64,000 nucleotides of DNA from NCBI RefSeq assembly GCF_036321535.1, contig NC_087437.1:15440001-15504000 (forward strand). The letters run 5' to 3'. The position numbers and the translations under genes are program-made. The notes beneath the pieces were generated by a model. It made no database searches. It was not told the DNA's origin and saw only the letters and a list, made by a program, of their open reading frames with translations. Below, one piece after another: positions 49,401-62,619 of this stretch; position 1 is the first letter of the stretch; each line of letters begins with the position of its first letter. The stretch is from Camelus dromedarius. Lineage: Eukaryota.

Positions 49401-52084
49401 GTTAATTTTTGTTTTATGCAGTTTGAAGTTTTATTGCTGGGTACAAAAATGTCGAGGATTGTTATGTTTTCTGGTGAATTGACCCTTTTATCATTATGAA
49501 ATGTTCATTTTTATCTTTGATAATATTCTTTGAACCAGAACCTACCTCTTCTAATATAGCATTGTTAGCTTTCTTATAATTAGTATTTGCATTGTATATA
49601 TTTTTCCATAAAAGATATTTTTACCTTTAACTTTTATGTGTCTTTATGTTTAAAGTGGATTTCTTATAGATAGCATATAGTTGGGGCTTTTTTTTTTTTT
49701 TGTAATCCTGTTGGTATTTCACTTTATCTCCACTTTTAGTTTTTAGGTATATGTCTTTGTTTTATTTTGTAATGGTTACAATAGGATTTACAATGTATAT
49801 CTTTAACTTATCACAGTCTCCATTTAAACACTATTATACCATGTCAGGTATAATATAGAACTTTATAGCAATATGTTTAAGCCTCCAATCCTTTGTACTG
49901 TTATTATTATACATTCTGTTATAAATCCCATAATACAGTTATTATTTTTTTTCTTTGAACAGCTAGTTATCTTTTAAATAAATTTTTAAATGAGAAAAAA
50001 AATCTTATATTTACTCACCTATTTACTATTTCTGAAATAGCATTTTTTCATTCCTTTCTACAGGTACAAGTTTCCATCAGAATCATTTTTATTCAGCCTG
50101 AAGAAAGTTCTAATTTTTATTTATAAATTTTTTCTGTTTATATTTATAACCAATATTATTTTGTAAACTAGGTCTGTTGACAATGAATTCTCTCAGCTTT
50201 TGTTTGCTTGAAATGTCTTTACTTCACTTTTAGTTTTGAAGTGTATTTTCACTTCTTATAGAATTCTAGATTGGTTTTCCTTTCAGCATTTCAAAGATGC
50301 CATTTCATTGTCTTCTGGCTTACATTTTTTTCTGATGATAAATTTATGGGAGTTCTCATTTTTTTTCTTTTAAGTCTTTTTCTGTTTCCTTCCTTTGTGT
50401 CTTTTTTTACCCCTCTGTCTGCTCCTTATCCTAGGCTTTTAGCCCTATGCCTCCGTGTTGTTTTATTTGTGTATGTCCTTTTAGGATTATTTTAGCTAAT
50501 TAGATCTGGGATTTAAAATTTTTTATCAAATTTGGAAATATTTTGGACATAATTTCTCCAAGTATTTCTCTGCTCCTCAACTGCTTATACATATATTCAA
50601 CCACTTGACATGTTTTCCTGGTTCACAGGCTCTGTTAATTTTTTTCTGTTAGTTTTTTCAGTTTTTTTCTTCTCTCCATGTGTCAGTTTGGAGAATTTCT
50701 ATTATTATGTCTTCAAATTCACTTGCCTTTTCTTCTGCATTATGTAATCTGATGGTAATTCCATTCACTAAACTTTTCACTTCAGATATTGTATTTTTTA
50801 TCCCTAGAATTTCTATTTGTTCTCTTTTTTATAATCTATTTCTTTTCTCATTATGTCTATTTATATTAGCATATTTATAATAACTGTTTTAACACAATTG
50901 TTTGCTTATTCCAAAATCTCTGTTGTTTCTGGGTACGTTTCTATTGCTGATTTTTTTTTTTTTTTGTAGTTATGGGTCACATTTTCCTACATCTTTGTGT
51001 GTCTAGTAATTTGGGGGGGGGTGGTAGGCATTGTCACAGTTGCCTTTTTGAGTGGTTGATATTTTTCTCTTTAAAGAATATTCAACTTTGTTTCGGCATG
51101 CACTTAAGAAATTTAGGATCAACTCAATTTTTTGAAGGTTTGCTTTTAAATTTGTTAAGGCAGGCCTACAGTAGCCTTTACTTGAGGTCTATTTTAGCCT
51201 ACTACTAGATGTAACCCTTCTAGAATCTTGACTAAGTGCCCTGGGTGTCCAGTGAAATCTCCTCCTCTGGCTAGATCTATACTATCGCATAACCCTGTGG
51301 AAGCCCTGGGATTGTTCAGTGCAGATCCCCAGTACTTCTTTGAATAGCCTCTTGGAGTTTCACCCTGGCCATTCACAGCTCGGTTTTCAGTAACAGACTC
51401 AAGGAGATCACTATGTAGATTCCAGGAACTCCTTCTTAGCATAGTTCTTTCCTCTCTAGGGCTCAGCCCCATAAATTCCAGCCGTTTCTGCCTCTCTGAA
51501 CTCTGATCTCTGTCTGCTTAACTTAGCAAGACTGTAATACTATTCTGTACTACTCTCTGGAAAAGTGGCTCCTGGCAGAAAGCCAGGCAGTTGCAGGGCT
51601 CACTGTTTCCTAATTCTCCTTGATTATTGCCTTGCACTGCCCATTGTCCAGTATTTGGAAACAGCAGTTTTACATATTTTCAACTTTATCATTTTTTACA
51701 GTGGGAGGACAAACCTGGTACCAGTTACTCTACCTTGCCTAGAAAAGAAAGATTTTTTTTTTTTTAAATAGATCACACTCACAGTGGTGGTGACTCTAAA
51801 CATTTTTTATGGAGCCACATACCAAGGGGCTTTGGGAACTGGAAAGCACTTTGGAGAATCTGAGGTGTGGAGATTTGACAGTGGTAGCAGAGGCCCAGGA
51901 TGCCAGGAAAAGGATCTCAGCAGAAAATCTGGTAGTTTAGGCTAGAACAATTGTAATTTCCTGGCGTGCAGGCTGAGAATAGGATAGGAAAAGGATTTGA
52001 GTATTTTCTACCTAAACATTATTTGCTGCTTCTTGAAACAGAGAACCCAATATGAGGCGATCTGGGGCTTTTTCTTCTAAGAAC

Positions 52085-52250
52085 TAGATCTCAACCTTGG
52101 GTACATATTAGAATCATCAAAAGAGCTTTTACAAATCCTGATGCTCAGGCTGTACTAAAAAATAAAATAAATCAGTCTTTGGGTGGGCATCTGTATTCTT
52201 TAAAGCTCCTTAGGTAGTTGCAGTGAGTTTCCAAGGTCGAGAACCACGGC
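52085..52250. mobile_element. MER5-like hAT-Charlie MITE
   Basis: tctcaaccttgggtacatattagaatca...aaagctcc...aaggtcgagaaccac. Confidence 0.75.
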
Positions 52251-55200
52251 ACCAAGGTGCTCCGCAGCCAGCCTGGGCGCTGCAGGTCTGTCTTCTTGGG
52301 GAGCTATATCAAGTGCTCTCACTGTATCAGATGTGTAACTTACCTCCTTAACACCCGCTTCCTTTACTTTTCTGAGCATCTTCTCACCTTTTCTCTTATT
52401 TAGCACAGAAGGAGGCACAGGTGATGAGACAGTGGGGAAGGCCAGGCAGGATGTGTTGCAGTGGGAAGGAGGGGAGTGTGGATCCAGGAACAGTGAGGGA
52501 GGTGGGGGCAGAGAGTAGAGGCTGCAGAGAGGGCGTGGGGAGGGGGTCCCCACTGCCCCTTCCCCTCCTCCTACTTTCATATTTCCTTCCTCGCTCCAGG
52601 CCCAAATAAGTCTGGAGCTAGGCAGCTCGGTTGGCAACTGTCCAAGGTCTTCTGCCCACACTTCCTGGCTACAATCTTCCTTCGGGGTGATGACAAGGCC
52701 CTGGAAGTCCCTTCCTATTTACTGAGGAAGTGTAGGCTTGTCTCCTGGAAACAAAGTCCACAGGCTTTCTGTGATGAAAAGCACCCCAGGTCAGAGCTCC
52801 TGCCCTGCCACTGAGCCCAGAGTGACCCTGGCCAGTTGCCTCTCCCCTAGGCACCTCAGTTTCCCCACCTGTAAAATTAGGGAACCACACTGCATGGTTT
52901 CCCTGGTCTTCTGGCCCTGACAGTTTGAACACATGTGGGAAGCCTTGTGTTTCTTTTGGGAAGATTCCAGAACCAGGCTCCAGAACTTCTCAGAGATGTG
53001 TGGCATCTGGTGGGTGTCCTCTGACCTCCCCTCTGGAACATCCCCAACTCTGAGAAACAGGTCGGAAATGGAGATCTTTGGCAGCTGAGAAGATGTCAGA
53101 TGGATTGTTAGATATGTAGCAAAGTATGCAGTAGAATTGGACCATAGCTTAGCCTTTTCTTTCTTTCCTTTAAAACTGGGAAAAATGAATACTTTGAAAG
53201 GGTCATGTCGGGGACTGATTAAATGCCTATTTTGAAAGAGACCATGCAGGCCTCTCATGTGGTGCAGGAGGGGAAAGACATGTTCTCTCTTGGCTGAACC
53301 TGTGCCATGGAGATTCCCAGGGATTAGGTGGGGTGATGGGGGACAGCCATATGGAAGATGCCACAAGAGGACCCTGTCCTTGAAGGATGTCTGGAAGCTG
53401 GGAGAAGCCCAAGTAACAAGGGACTCTGCAGAAGGACCCTGGGGGCTCTCTGAGGAGATGCGTGGAGCAGCAGTGGAGGAGGGGTTTCTGTTCATGAGGT
53501 AAGGGAGCCAGTGGAAGAGGCAGGTCCCCAGGCTGGGCCCTGCAGCTCAGCCCAGCCACCAGCAGAGAGATGCCCTTACACGGACTTGGGCAGAAGGGGC
53601 GGCGGTGCTGGGCCGAGGAGAGTGAGGAGGCCGTCTGGAAGCATGTCTCCAGAGCCCACGGGGAGCAGACCTTCAGGGAGCCCAGATTCCTTGACTGGGA
53701 GGGCGAGGGCTGAGGTAGAACAAGAAGTGGTCCTTCCTTTCCAAATAGAGCTGCTGAGACCCGGGGCGCGAGGGATGTTCCTCCCAGCACTTACCCCGCA
53801 GTACACAGACCCACCACGCAGAGCCGGGCAAAGAGCTGATTACAAGAGCAGAACGTGTAGGACCTGGTGCCTTCGGGTGCGTTTACGGAGCTGCTGCTGC
53901 GATTATCATCATTGCTAATGACCCAGCACGGGGATGTTTTCGTGAGCTGTGGCCCAGTTTACATGGATCCTTGTGTTGACTTCTGCTTGGTAACCAGGGT
54001 ACCACCGTCCAGGCCTGACCCTCACATTTGTAGGGCCCAGGCCAAGAGCACTAATGGAGGCTTACGTACTTAAACATTACAGATTCCGCTGACAACCAAA
54101 TTTAAGAGCAATATGAGTGACTTAATACTGCAAACTGTCCCTTAGCCACCGTATACACACAGCTGCTGTGAATACAGCACTAATTCGTGGAGAACATCCA
54201 GAAACACACATTGGAACACAAATTGAGGCAAGGAACAGATGCCCAGCACTGCTGGGAAATTATATTCTGTTATGATGCAAACATCTATTGCATTCATACT
54301 CTGTGAGAGGAAGGGTGGGGTGGGCTAATTTGGGCTAATTTGCTCAATCTGAGCACTCTTCACCATCTAAGCACACTGCTCCCCTCTGATGTCACACCTT
54401 CACACAACAGCCAGTCACTTTGTTTTGAGGATTCAGGACAAAAGGCCCAGGAACAGGTTTTCCTGGGCTCTCAACAGCGCTCATCACGAGGGTGGACGTC
54501 CAGGTTTTGTGTTTGTAATACATGCAGTGCTCAGAAGCACGGGGCAGCTCTTGATGGATCAGTATTGTTTTATTTCATTTTATTTAGTCTTTGGACCTTA
54601 GCTACAGAGATTTTAGTTCAGTGTTGTCCTCATTTCACAATACAATATTATCTTTGGTGTGTCCTAGGGTCTCTTAACATTGGATTGACATTCAGGATGA
54701 GTTTTTCAGAGAACTATTAAATGAGACTAAATGTACTGCTAAGATGATGGTTTTTGTCTATTTTGAGGAATATGGCTTAAAATTCATTTAACGTAGATTG
54801 GGCTTAATTCTTGAATTTTTTTTATCTAAACGATTTTCAGGTATTTTCTTTGATATCAGTTACTAAGCTACTGAGGATCAGAAGGATGGACACCGTTGGG
54901 TGTTGATGAGCGTTTGTAGAGGCGGGTGTCTAGATTTGCCCTGAGAATATAGGGGACCAAGGAGGAGGTGCTAAACTTGCTCCTGCATGTGACAGATGCG
55001 TCTTGCCTCCCCATCCCTGGCTTGTCCACGTGGCCATTCCTGGTGGTCAGCTACTTCCCGTCTCCCTGGCCACTGGCTGGCCTTCCCAGCCCTGTTCCAC
55101 CCAGAGCTGTCATTCAGCCATCATAGCTGGCACCGCTCAAGCCTTGGCAATGTTTCTGGTGTCTCCGCAAACCCCAGAGGCCCGCCTGTGTCCTCATGCC

Positions 55201-57384
55201 CACCTACCCCATCTCATCCCTGCTGTCTTCCCTGGAGGCCAAAGGCTCTGCTTGTGGAAACCCTGCCTTGGCTGTCCACCATGGCCGTGGAGACCGGAAC
55301 CGTGGGTGGGAGAGCCAGGACCAGCGCGGGGCAGCCCCAGGTGGGTGCCACACAGATCTCCCTTCAAGAGGGAAACTTTTGAGCTGATAGGCTCCTCTGC
55401 GGCGCCTTTAGGATCTGTTGCTGTGTTTGAGCCACCGAGGCCACTCTCTCCTGCGCAGCAACAGAGAGACCAGGTACAGCTGGGGCACTAGGGCCTGACA
55501 ACCTCGGTCCAGGGCAGGACCCCTCCCACGGGCAATCCTCGTTCCAGAGCTCCTGACTGGGCTGGCCAAGGTTTTCTTGGGGCTACACTGCTCTGAGTCG
55601 CTTCCTACTTAATTCTCTGTCCTTTCCCCGAGGGCCAGAATGGCACTGGAGTCTGAAGCCTCTCCCTGCCTCCTGCTCCTCCCGCCCCCTTCACCGCCAT
55701 CTCCTCCAGTAAATCTCTTGCCCCTCTCACTTCATCCTGGTGTCTGCTTCCTGGAGGACCTGAAGTCTGTGTGAGAAATACCATGGGTGGCTTTCCAGGT
55801 GTAAGCAGAGAGGGGAAAGACAGTTTGAGGGTTGGGTTGGGGAACAGTGGCCTGCCCAGAGCCACTTGCCCTGAGAGCACGTTTGGAACAGGAAGAAAAA
55901 CGGGGAAAGCCGTGGGCCCCTGGCTTCTGTGCCTCCCTGGAGCTCCATTTTCCTGGGATCCAGGGCTGCTGCTCACTCTCTGCCTCTGGTTATCTTTTGC
56001 ACCCCACCCCCAAATCCTTGCAGAGTTTTCTTTTTTTTTTTTTTTTTTTTAACATGTAGAGTGCCACAGGGAAGAAACTGGCTGCAAGACCCTCTTTTTT
56101 TAAATAAAATATTTTATGATTATTATTTTTAAAGACGCTCTTTTCATTTGGCCCACTTGCCTATATATAAAGTCATATCTGTTATTAATTACTTGTGCAA
56201 ATATCTATTAAATATCTGTCTTCACCTCTAGCGTGCAAGCCCTATGCGCAAAGGGGCCCTGTCTGTTCTGTTCAGAGCTGATTCCTCACGACCCCAAGTG
56301 GTGTTCTGACAGCAGTGACTCAGTAATGTTGCCTGATGAATCAATGAGTGAGTGAATGCAGAGTGGGCCATATTCTTATATATCCAGCAGCTCTAAGAGC
56401 AAATCAAGAAATAAAAGGCTTCCCAACAGTTTAGTTGTCTAGCCAAAAAATTCTCCTCCCACAGCCACCTTTCCAGTAGGCATGGTCCCCGTGGTGTGTC
56501 TAGTTACCCTCTCACACCATCACTGAGCAGTCCTTCCCTCCTGAGTATCTGCCCCTATCCTGTATTCAAGATGTCTTTCCAAAAAAATTCCCTGTAGAAA
56601 GCTTGTTCCCCACCCCCACCCCATTCCCAGACTTCCTTGAGAGGCTAAAGCCAGCTCTGTTGGCCAACATGTATAGAGTGCCAGGAGATTACTCCTAACT
56701 CAGGAAAGCCTGTGAGATGACATTCCAAGGAGGACTCCTCCCATCTTCTTTCATTTAAGTAATTACAGGTCTCTTCCTTCCGAGGTCCTGAAAGAAATTG
56801 CCCATGGGGCAAAATCCTTGGAAGGGGATCCAACGATGGCTTTGTTGATGTGCGTTCATCCTTTAAAAGCCATCCTCTGTCAATTATCTCAGGCCCTGGG
56901 CACACTAGCAAGCAATTCTTTGTCTATATCGAGAGGAAAGTTGTTTTTCCTCCACATACTCAAGAGTTGAATTGAGCTCAATATGCCGGGCTTTCACAGA
57001 GACGAGGGCAGAGGGCTCTTGTCTATGACTATCTTCACCAAGGACCAGAGGGGCACTGATGGGCTGAAAAGGCGGTAAGCTTCCCATGGGCTGGGTGTTG
57101 CTGAGCTGTGGCTCCTTTCAAACACAAGGTTAGCTTGCTCTGGTGGAGTATTTTCGATGTGCTCACGGAGGGAGCTGGGCTCTGGATAAAGTCTTGTGTT
57201 CCCTTCCTCCTTGGTCACCTCAGGACACTAAGCCAGTTAAAGGGCAAGCTGCCATACCAGGGACGAGTTCTTTCAACAAAAGAATCTCTTCCTATCTGAG
57301 TCTTGGTCAGTCACTTGCTCTGTTTTCTAGAAAACCTTATATTACATGGGAGGAAATTTCTCCAAGATCAAGGTGGGAGAGAGA

Positions 57385-57930
57385 AGTTTCATTCAATCAT
57401 GTATTCATTCAACAAACATTCATGACATGTGTACCATGTGCCAGGAATTGTTCTGAGAGCTGAGGATGTGGCAGTCAACAAAGGAGATGGGGTCCCTGCT
57501 CTCACAGATCTTCTGTTTTCATGGAGAGGAAAGACAAAAACAAGCAGAAAATAAATGAGCAAGACAATTTCTAATAGTAATGAGTTCTAGGAAAACAATA
57601 AAATGGATAATGTGATAAAAAAATGGGTGCTTTTTGGGCAGGGACGTATATTGAGGACAGAGTTGTTAATTTGAGTTGGTGGGCAGGAAAGAACTCAGCA
57701 AGGAGGGGCATTTGAGCCAATAACTGAATAACGCTCCCAAAAGCCAGTCATACAATGACCTAGAATAGAAGCAGAGCTTTCTGGGTAAATGGAAGAGCAA
57801 GGGCCAAGACTCTAACATGGGAATGAATGCGGTATATTTGAAGACTGGAAAGAAAGTCCAAGTGATTGAAGTGTCATGAACTTGGGAGAGAGGAAGAGGT
57901 CAGAGATGTAGATTATGTGGTGAAAACAGC
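57385..57930 (-). mobile_element. L2 LINE 3' fragment
   Basis: cattcaatcatgtattcattcaacaaacatt...accatgtgccagg...ggtccctgctctcac. Confidence 0.8.
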
Positions 57931-58399
57931 CAACCTACTATATTAAGGAAGATGTAAACCCTTCCATAACCATCTCCATCTCCAGGCACCTAACACTAGG
58001 TGCCATGGTGCAGGCAGCTGACAATGAGCCCTTCCACAGTCACACATATATGCAGGTGTATGGAGAATCCTTCATTCCCACCAAGCTTCTGGCTGGTCTC
58101 TTCCATATTTTACTCTCATTTTGGCCAAGTCAACAGAAGTGGCATTGCAAACTCAGCATTCCAAACCAACTACAGAATTCCCATTTCAACAATTCATGAG
58201 AGGGAAGTGGTTAGCACTCTACGCCTTCCAGCGATGCCTCTGACTTCCATGTTAACTCTCTTACTGTGCAGCATCGGGCTACAGACCAAATCTGATTCAA
58301 AGAATTAATGCCAAGGTTTCTCACTGATCAAGCCAGGACCCTGCAGAATTTTGCAGCACCTCCATTCATTTTCCCCTAGTGATTGTATCTTCTTCTACT

Positions 58400-58740
58400 T
58401 TCTGTTGACTGCTAGAGTCAGAAGAGTCATTTGAGATTCATGATTCCCACTCAGTGAAGGATCTCAGCGCCAACATCATTGTCAAGAGGCCAACCATCAT
58501 TGACTGCATTGTTTCTTTGATAAGGAGCTCACCTCCATCTGAAGGAGCTGATCCCTTTGTTAGACAGCCTTGGTTATTAGAAAACTCATCTACTTGCTGA
58601 ATGGACATATATCTTCCAGTAACATCCATTGACATGGCATTTGAAGAGTTACCATGTAGTCTTGGAGCCTCCTCTTCTCAGGATTACATTGCCACTTTCT
58701 CAGCTGCTCTCCCTGGTGGAATTTTCTGATCCTTCCGAGC
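58400..58740 (-). mobile_element. L3/CR1 LINE 3' end
   Basis: The minus strand reads tgagaagaggaggctcc...ttttctaataaccaaggctgtctaacaa...ggaggtgagctcctt...ctcttctgactcta, colinear with the L3/MIR3 3' end. Confidence 0.65.
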
Positions 58741-58754
58741 ACTCAGCTATGCTT

Positions 58755-59170
58755 GTATCAGTTAGGACCCTGTGGGTAACAGATGACTGAAAATCCGAAT
58801 CAAATAGATTTAAGTGCCAAAGAGAAATTATTGGCTCAAGTAACTGGAAAGTCCAGGAAGTGGTCCAGGACTGTCATGGTCCAGGGGCTGGTTTCTCCCT
58901 GTCTAGCTGACAGGCTTAGCCTTCCTTTGTGTTTGGTTCATTCTAGCACCCCATAGGATGGCCCTCGGAGCTCCAGGCTCCAGAGTTGACAAGTGATGCT
59001 CTGACTGGCTGGTCCTGATCACATTCCTGCAGGTAGAGAAGGGGTAGGAAACCATGGCACTAAGAACAGATACACCGAGTATGGAGGAGCAATGGTCCCC
59101 CAGAAGAGAATTGGGGTACAGCTACCTGGAGAAAAAAGTGAATAGATGCTTTGGGGCAAAACAACAGCAT
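58755..59170. mobile_element. Old MLT1 (MaLR) LTR fragments
   Basis: tgtatcagttaggac...ttattggctcaagtaactggaaagtccagg. Confidence 0.6.
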
Positions 59171-59367
59171 TCCAACTAAACCACAGATTTAAAAGTAACC
59201 AAAATGTCCCACTGCATTTGCTTGGGGTACAGCTGAGGTCATATCTCTCTTTGTAGTATTCCAATGAAAGATCTCAAACTTCCAATCTCAACTCATCTTT
59301 TTCTCTCTTCCTGGGGTCTACCCCGCCAGGATAAACCAAGAAGTGTCCAACTTATTAACATGTGTTT

Positions 59368-59456
59368 TATTTTAAAAAATTTGGGGGGAGGAGGTAATTG
59401 AGGTTTTAAATTAATTAATTAATTCTTTTTAATGGAGGTACTGGGGATTGAACCCA
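59368..59456 (-). mobile_element. 5'-truncated Vic-1-type SINE
   Basis: Only the B box and tail are present (ggaggtactggggattgaaccca); TSD taac(a/t)tgtgttt at 59356-59367 and 59457-59468. Confidence 0.85.
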
Positions 59457-60729
59457 TAACTTGTGTTTACTTGTTTCATCCTGCCTCATGGTGGAGAAGA
59501 ATTCAGACCTGTCCTGGGAGCCAGAAATCAGGCATCACAGCTGATGCTCCTGATGTCCCTGGAGATCTCTGTGGCTGTTGGGGCATTCGCAGCAGAAGGT
59601 TGTCACACCACTGGTCACAGCTGGAGATCAGTGGTCAGCTGGGACTGAGTCTCCTATTCAGGCACACGTTGGCCGAGGCAGAGGATTAGCAGGTTGGGAT
59701 GGAGGCTGACTTCCCGCACCCCCATGCTTTGGGGTTCTCAACAAAGTGCAGCTGGAGCTCCAAGCATGCACACAGGCAGTTCTTTAATGGTTGAGGTTTT
59801 TCGAAGACGGAGAAGAATGACTACTCCTGCACTTTGTTTAATGATTCACTCATCAATGTTCCAAATTTATCAAATGATTAACATTCCATTAACTTTAAAT
59901 GCTCCATATTTTTCTACATATTCACACAATTATAAATCAAAACTCCCTGACTTACAAATTAAATTTCCCCATTTTCCCACTTACAGAAAATTATTTAATC
60001 TTCTAAACATTTATTATATTCTGAATTCTAAAATTACAAATCCATTATATAAGACTTTCTTAAATGCTTCAAATACTTTAATAAAAACACTCAATACTGG
60101 TTATTATAAAATGGATGATTAGACTTCTATTAAAACCATTTATAAAAGTACTAGTACCTGGACTTAAAATTATTATATTTGTTCTTAGCCTCATTCTTAC
60201 TTTTATTCTACTATCTCATTGAAGTTCTCTTCCTAGGGCTTACAGTGGTTTTAAAGGTTTTATTTTCTTAAATAAAAATCATCTATGTTTTTAGTTTTCT
60301 CATTTTAGCCTCATAACAAAGGATGCTTCTAGCAAATTCATCTTCAACTTGGTGAAGTCTGATTTCTTTCACAATGTTAATATAGGTTACATCTGGGGAG
60401 TAGCAGTAGGAGGAAAAAAGAGGAGGAATTTTCCATTTTACTGTATATACTTGTGTATTATTGGAATTTTTCATTAAGCATTTACTAACTTTGTCATAAT
60501 AAATATAATTCTAAGTGTTCTGAATAATAAAAATTAACTACCCATGGCAAACGCTGTTATACTTTTTGTGATTCCTTCTAGTCCTTTTTTTCCTCCGAGG
60601 CATCTATTCCATTTTGCAAAATTAGAATCATAATGTATGTTAAAGTTTTTCATTCTACTTTTAATTTTAACTTAACATCATGTCACAAGACTTTCTCACC
60701 TTACATATTTTTGGGAAACAAAGGGCTTG

Positions 60730-60933
60730 GGTATTTTTTTGTTTTGGGTTTTTTTTTTTTTTTTTGGTTTTTTAAAATTTTAATGCATATTTGAATTTTT
60801 TAATTTTAATTGTTTTGGGCAGAGGTAATTAGGTTTATTCGTTGATTTCTATTTGGAGGAGGTACAGGGGATTGAACCCAGGACCTCGTGCATGCTAAGC
60901 ATGTGGTCTACCACTTGAGCTATACCCTCCCCG
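60730..60933 (-). mobile_element. tRNA-Ala-derived SINE (Vic-1 type) with a long tail
   Basis: A/B boxes on the minus strand; TSD caaagggcttg at 60719-60729 and 60934-60944. Confidence 0.92.
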
Positions 60934-61269
60934 CAAAGGGCTTGTAACAGCTGCATGATACTCTGTCACGGGGACACACCATAATTCACTGACTCATCCT
61001 CCTGTTGTTGGCCAAAAATTGCTTCAAATCTGGGAAGTACGGGAAAGATCATCCCATCTGAGTTTCTTATTCTCCAGATGAGAAAACTGCATTCCCTGAA
61101 GCTAGTAATTTGTCCAAGCAGGGCCAGCTGGTCAGAGGCTCTGCTGGGACCTGCACTCCCAGGCCTGGGTCTCTAGTATTGCTGTCACCACATGCTCCCT
61201 CCTGGCCCTCGGCAAGGCACTTTTTGGACCCCATCTGTAGGGCATTGCCTACATTCTTCCTAAATTACA

Positions 61270-61350
61270 TTTTGTCCTTTGGGGCCCATTCTTCCTGTCT
61301 GTCAAGATCATTTTTTATCTTCTGTCATATAACCATTAGCTAATGAGGGA
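61270..61350 (-). mobile_element. L3/CR1 ORF2 fragment
   Basis: ctgtcaagatcattttttatcttctgtcat...attagcta resembles antisense L3 RT-region consensus. Confidence 0.45.
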
Positions 61351-62619
61351 CACTGTAGCCAACATCGGAAATTATGGCTTTTTCTTCTATCAAGATGTGC
61401 TTCTCAGATCATCTCTGCGCCAACGAAGGGGAAATACTGTCGTAACTTCTATCAGATAATTCCAATAGTCACCAGCAATTACAGGGAAGGGTGCTCATTA
61501 GCATACCTCTGTCTGTGTTCCTCAGAGATTCCCCTGGGTTCTGACCTTCTGTGATCAGCATTCCAGCGGATGCCTGGCCTCTGCCCAAGGGTCAGTGTTC
61601 ACAAGACGGAAGAAGAGTAATTACTGGGTGGGGACAAAAAGGGGAGGAGGGAACTAACATCTGTGAGCAACTCCATGCCCAGCTCTGGGTATCAGGGTAT
61701 AGATGGCAGGAGCCTTACAGGATGGGGACCCTGGAGGATGGGATTGGTATGGTTTGGGAGAAAGTAGATGGATCAGGGTTATCTCCCTTTTACTAAAATG
61801 TCTCTTCCTGAGGCTGTATTGTTGAATTCTACACAGAGGGATTCAGCATGATAGAGAAGATCGCTCTAGGAGGCCTGGGGCTTATTCTGCTTTTTCCTCC
61901 ACATTATATAAAACACATTTCATCCAGACTTGACAAATGAGTCTTTGGTATCAGTGTCTGTCATTGCTAGAACCACTTTTTGTGCCATCTAATAGTTTTT
62001 GCCAGAATTCCATGTTCACTCCCACCTAAGTTATTTGAGACACAGCCCCTTTAAAAATCTGTCTTTGGAAATGCTGTGGCTTGGGTTTATTCTGCATTAA
62101 CATTTTTTGGTATGTATGGCTTTTCAGAAAATGCTTAATTCATATGAATGCGATTGGCAGGCACCACAGAATGTGATGGCTTCTATTTATGGTTAATGTT
62201 AATCCATTGACCATGTGGTAGTTTAAATTTCTGGTACAAATTTCTTTTGCATGATGTTATAGCTCGTTCCTGGACTGCTATAATGGTGTAATTTATCAAT
62301 GTGAAAAATGGACTTTGAAATGTAATAGTCCAGAGCTAATGTGGAGAGCAGCAAGGAATTTAATGTGCTTAGAGAAGAGAGCTGTTTCCATGGCAACTAA
62401 TTCCTTTGAGCAAGGTTCCTGGGTCCCCTGGCTGCAGTGTGACTTGTGTGTCCAGGTGATAGGACCTGGATTCTAGGCTCAGCTTTGACATGAATTGCCA
62501 AGTTCAACGGGCAAGTCCCTTAACCTCTTTGGGACTTAATATACTTATGTCTGACTTGAAGAAGTCAGACTAGTTCAGTGTTTACTAGACTTTGGAGTAT
62601 TGGTGACTAGTAATATATA

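Larger units (their letters stand above)
44545..51740 (-). mobile_element. Long (~7 kb) decayed L1 (L1MC/MD-like) with nested insertions
   Basis: The minus-strand ORF 47792-47977 (VYEKPTANFIPNSKRWNAFYLRSGTRQECLLSPFLSNFVQEVL) matches the L1 ORF2 RT motif IYDKPTANIILNG...[22 protein letters not shown]; continuous T-rich antisense L1 texture; many stops. Confidence 0.9.

Noticed and set aside
52791..53918. Overlapping 234-, 187- and 135-aa ORFs
   Set aside because: The 234-aa ORF runs into MIR-like sequence (LILQVGKLRC); ORFs occur on both strands and none resembles a known protein.
56645..57300. Chain of protein-like minus-strand ORFs suggesting a processed pseudogene
   Set aside because: No identifiable parent protein, poly(A) tail or TSD; consistent with chance ORFs in unique sequence.
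58438..58635. 65-aa minus-strand ORF
   Set aside because: Lies within an L3/CR1 3'-end fossil.
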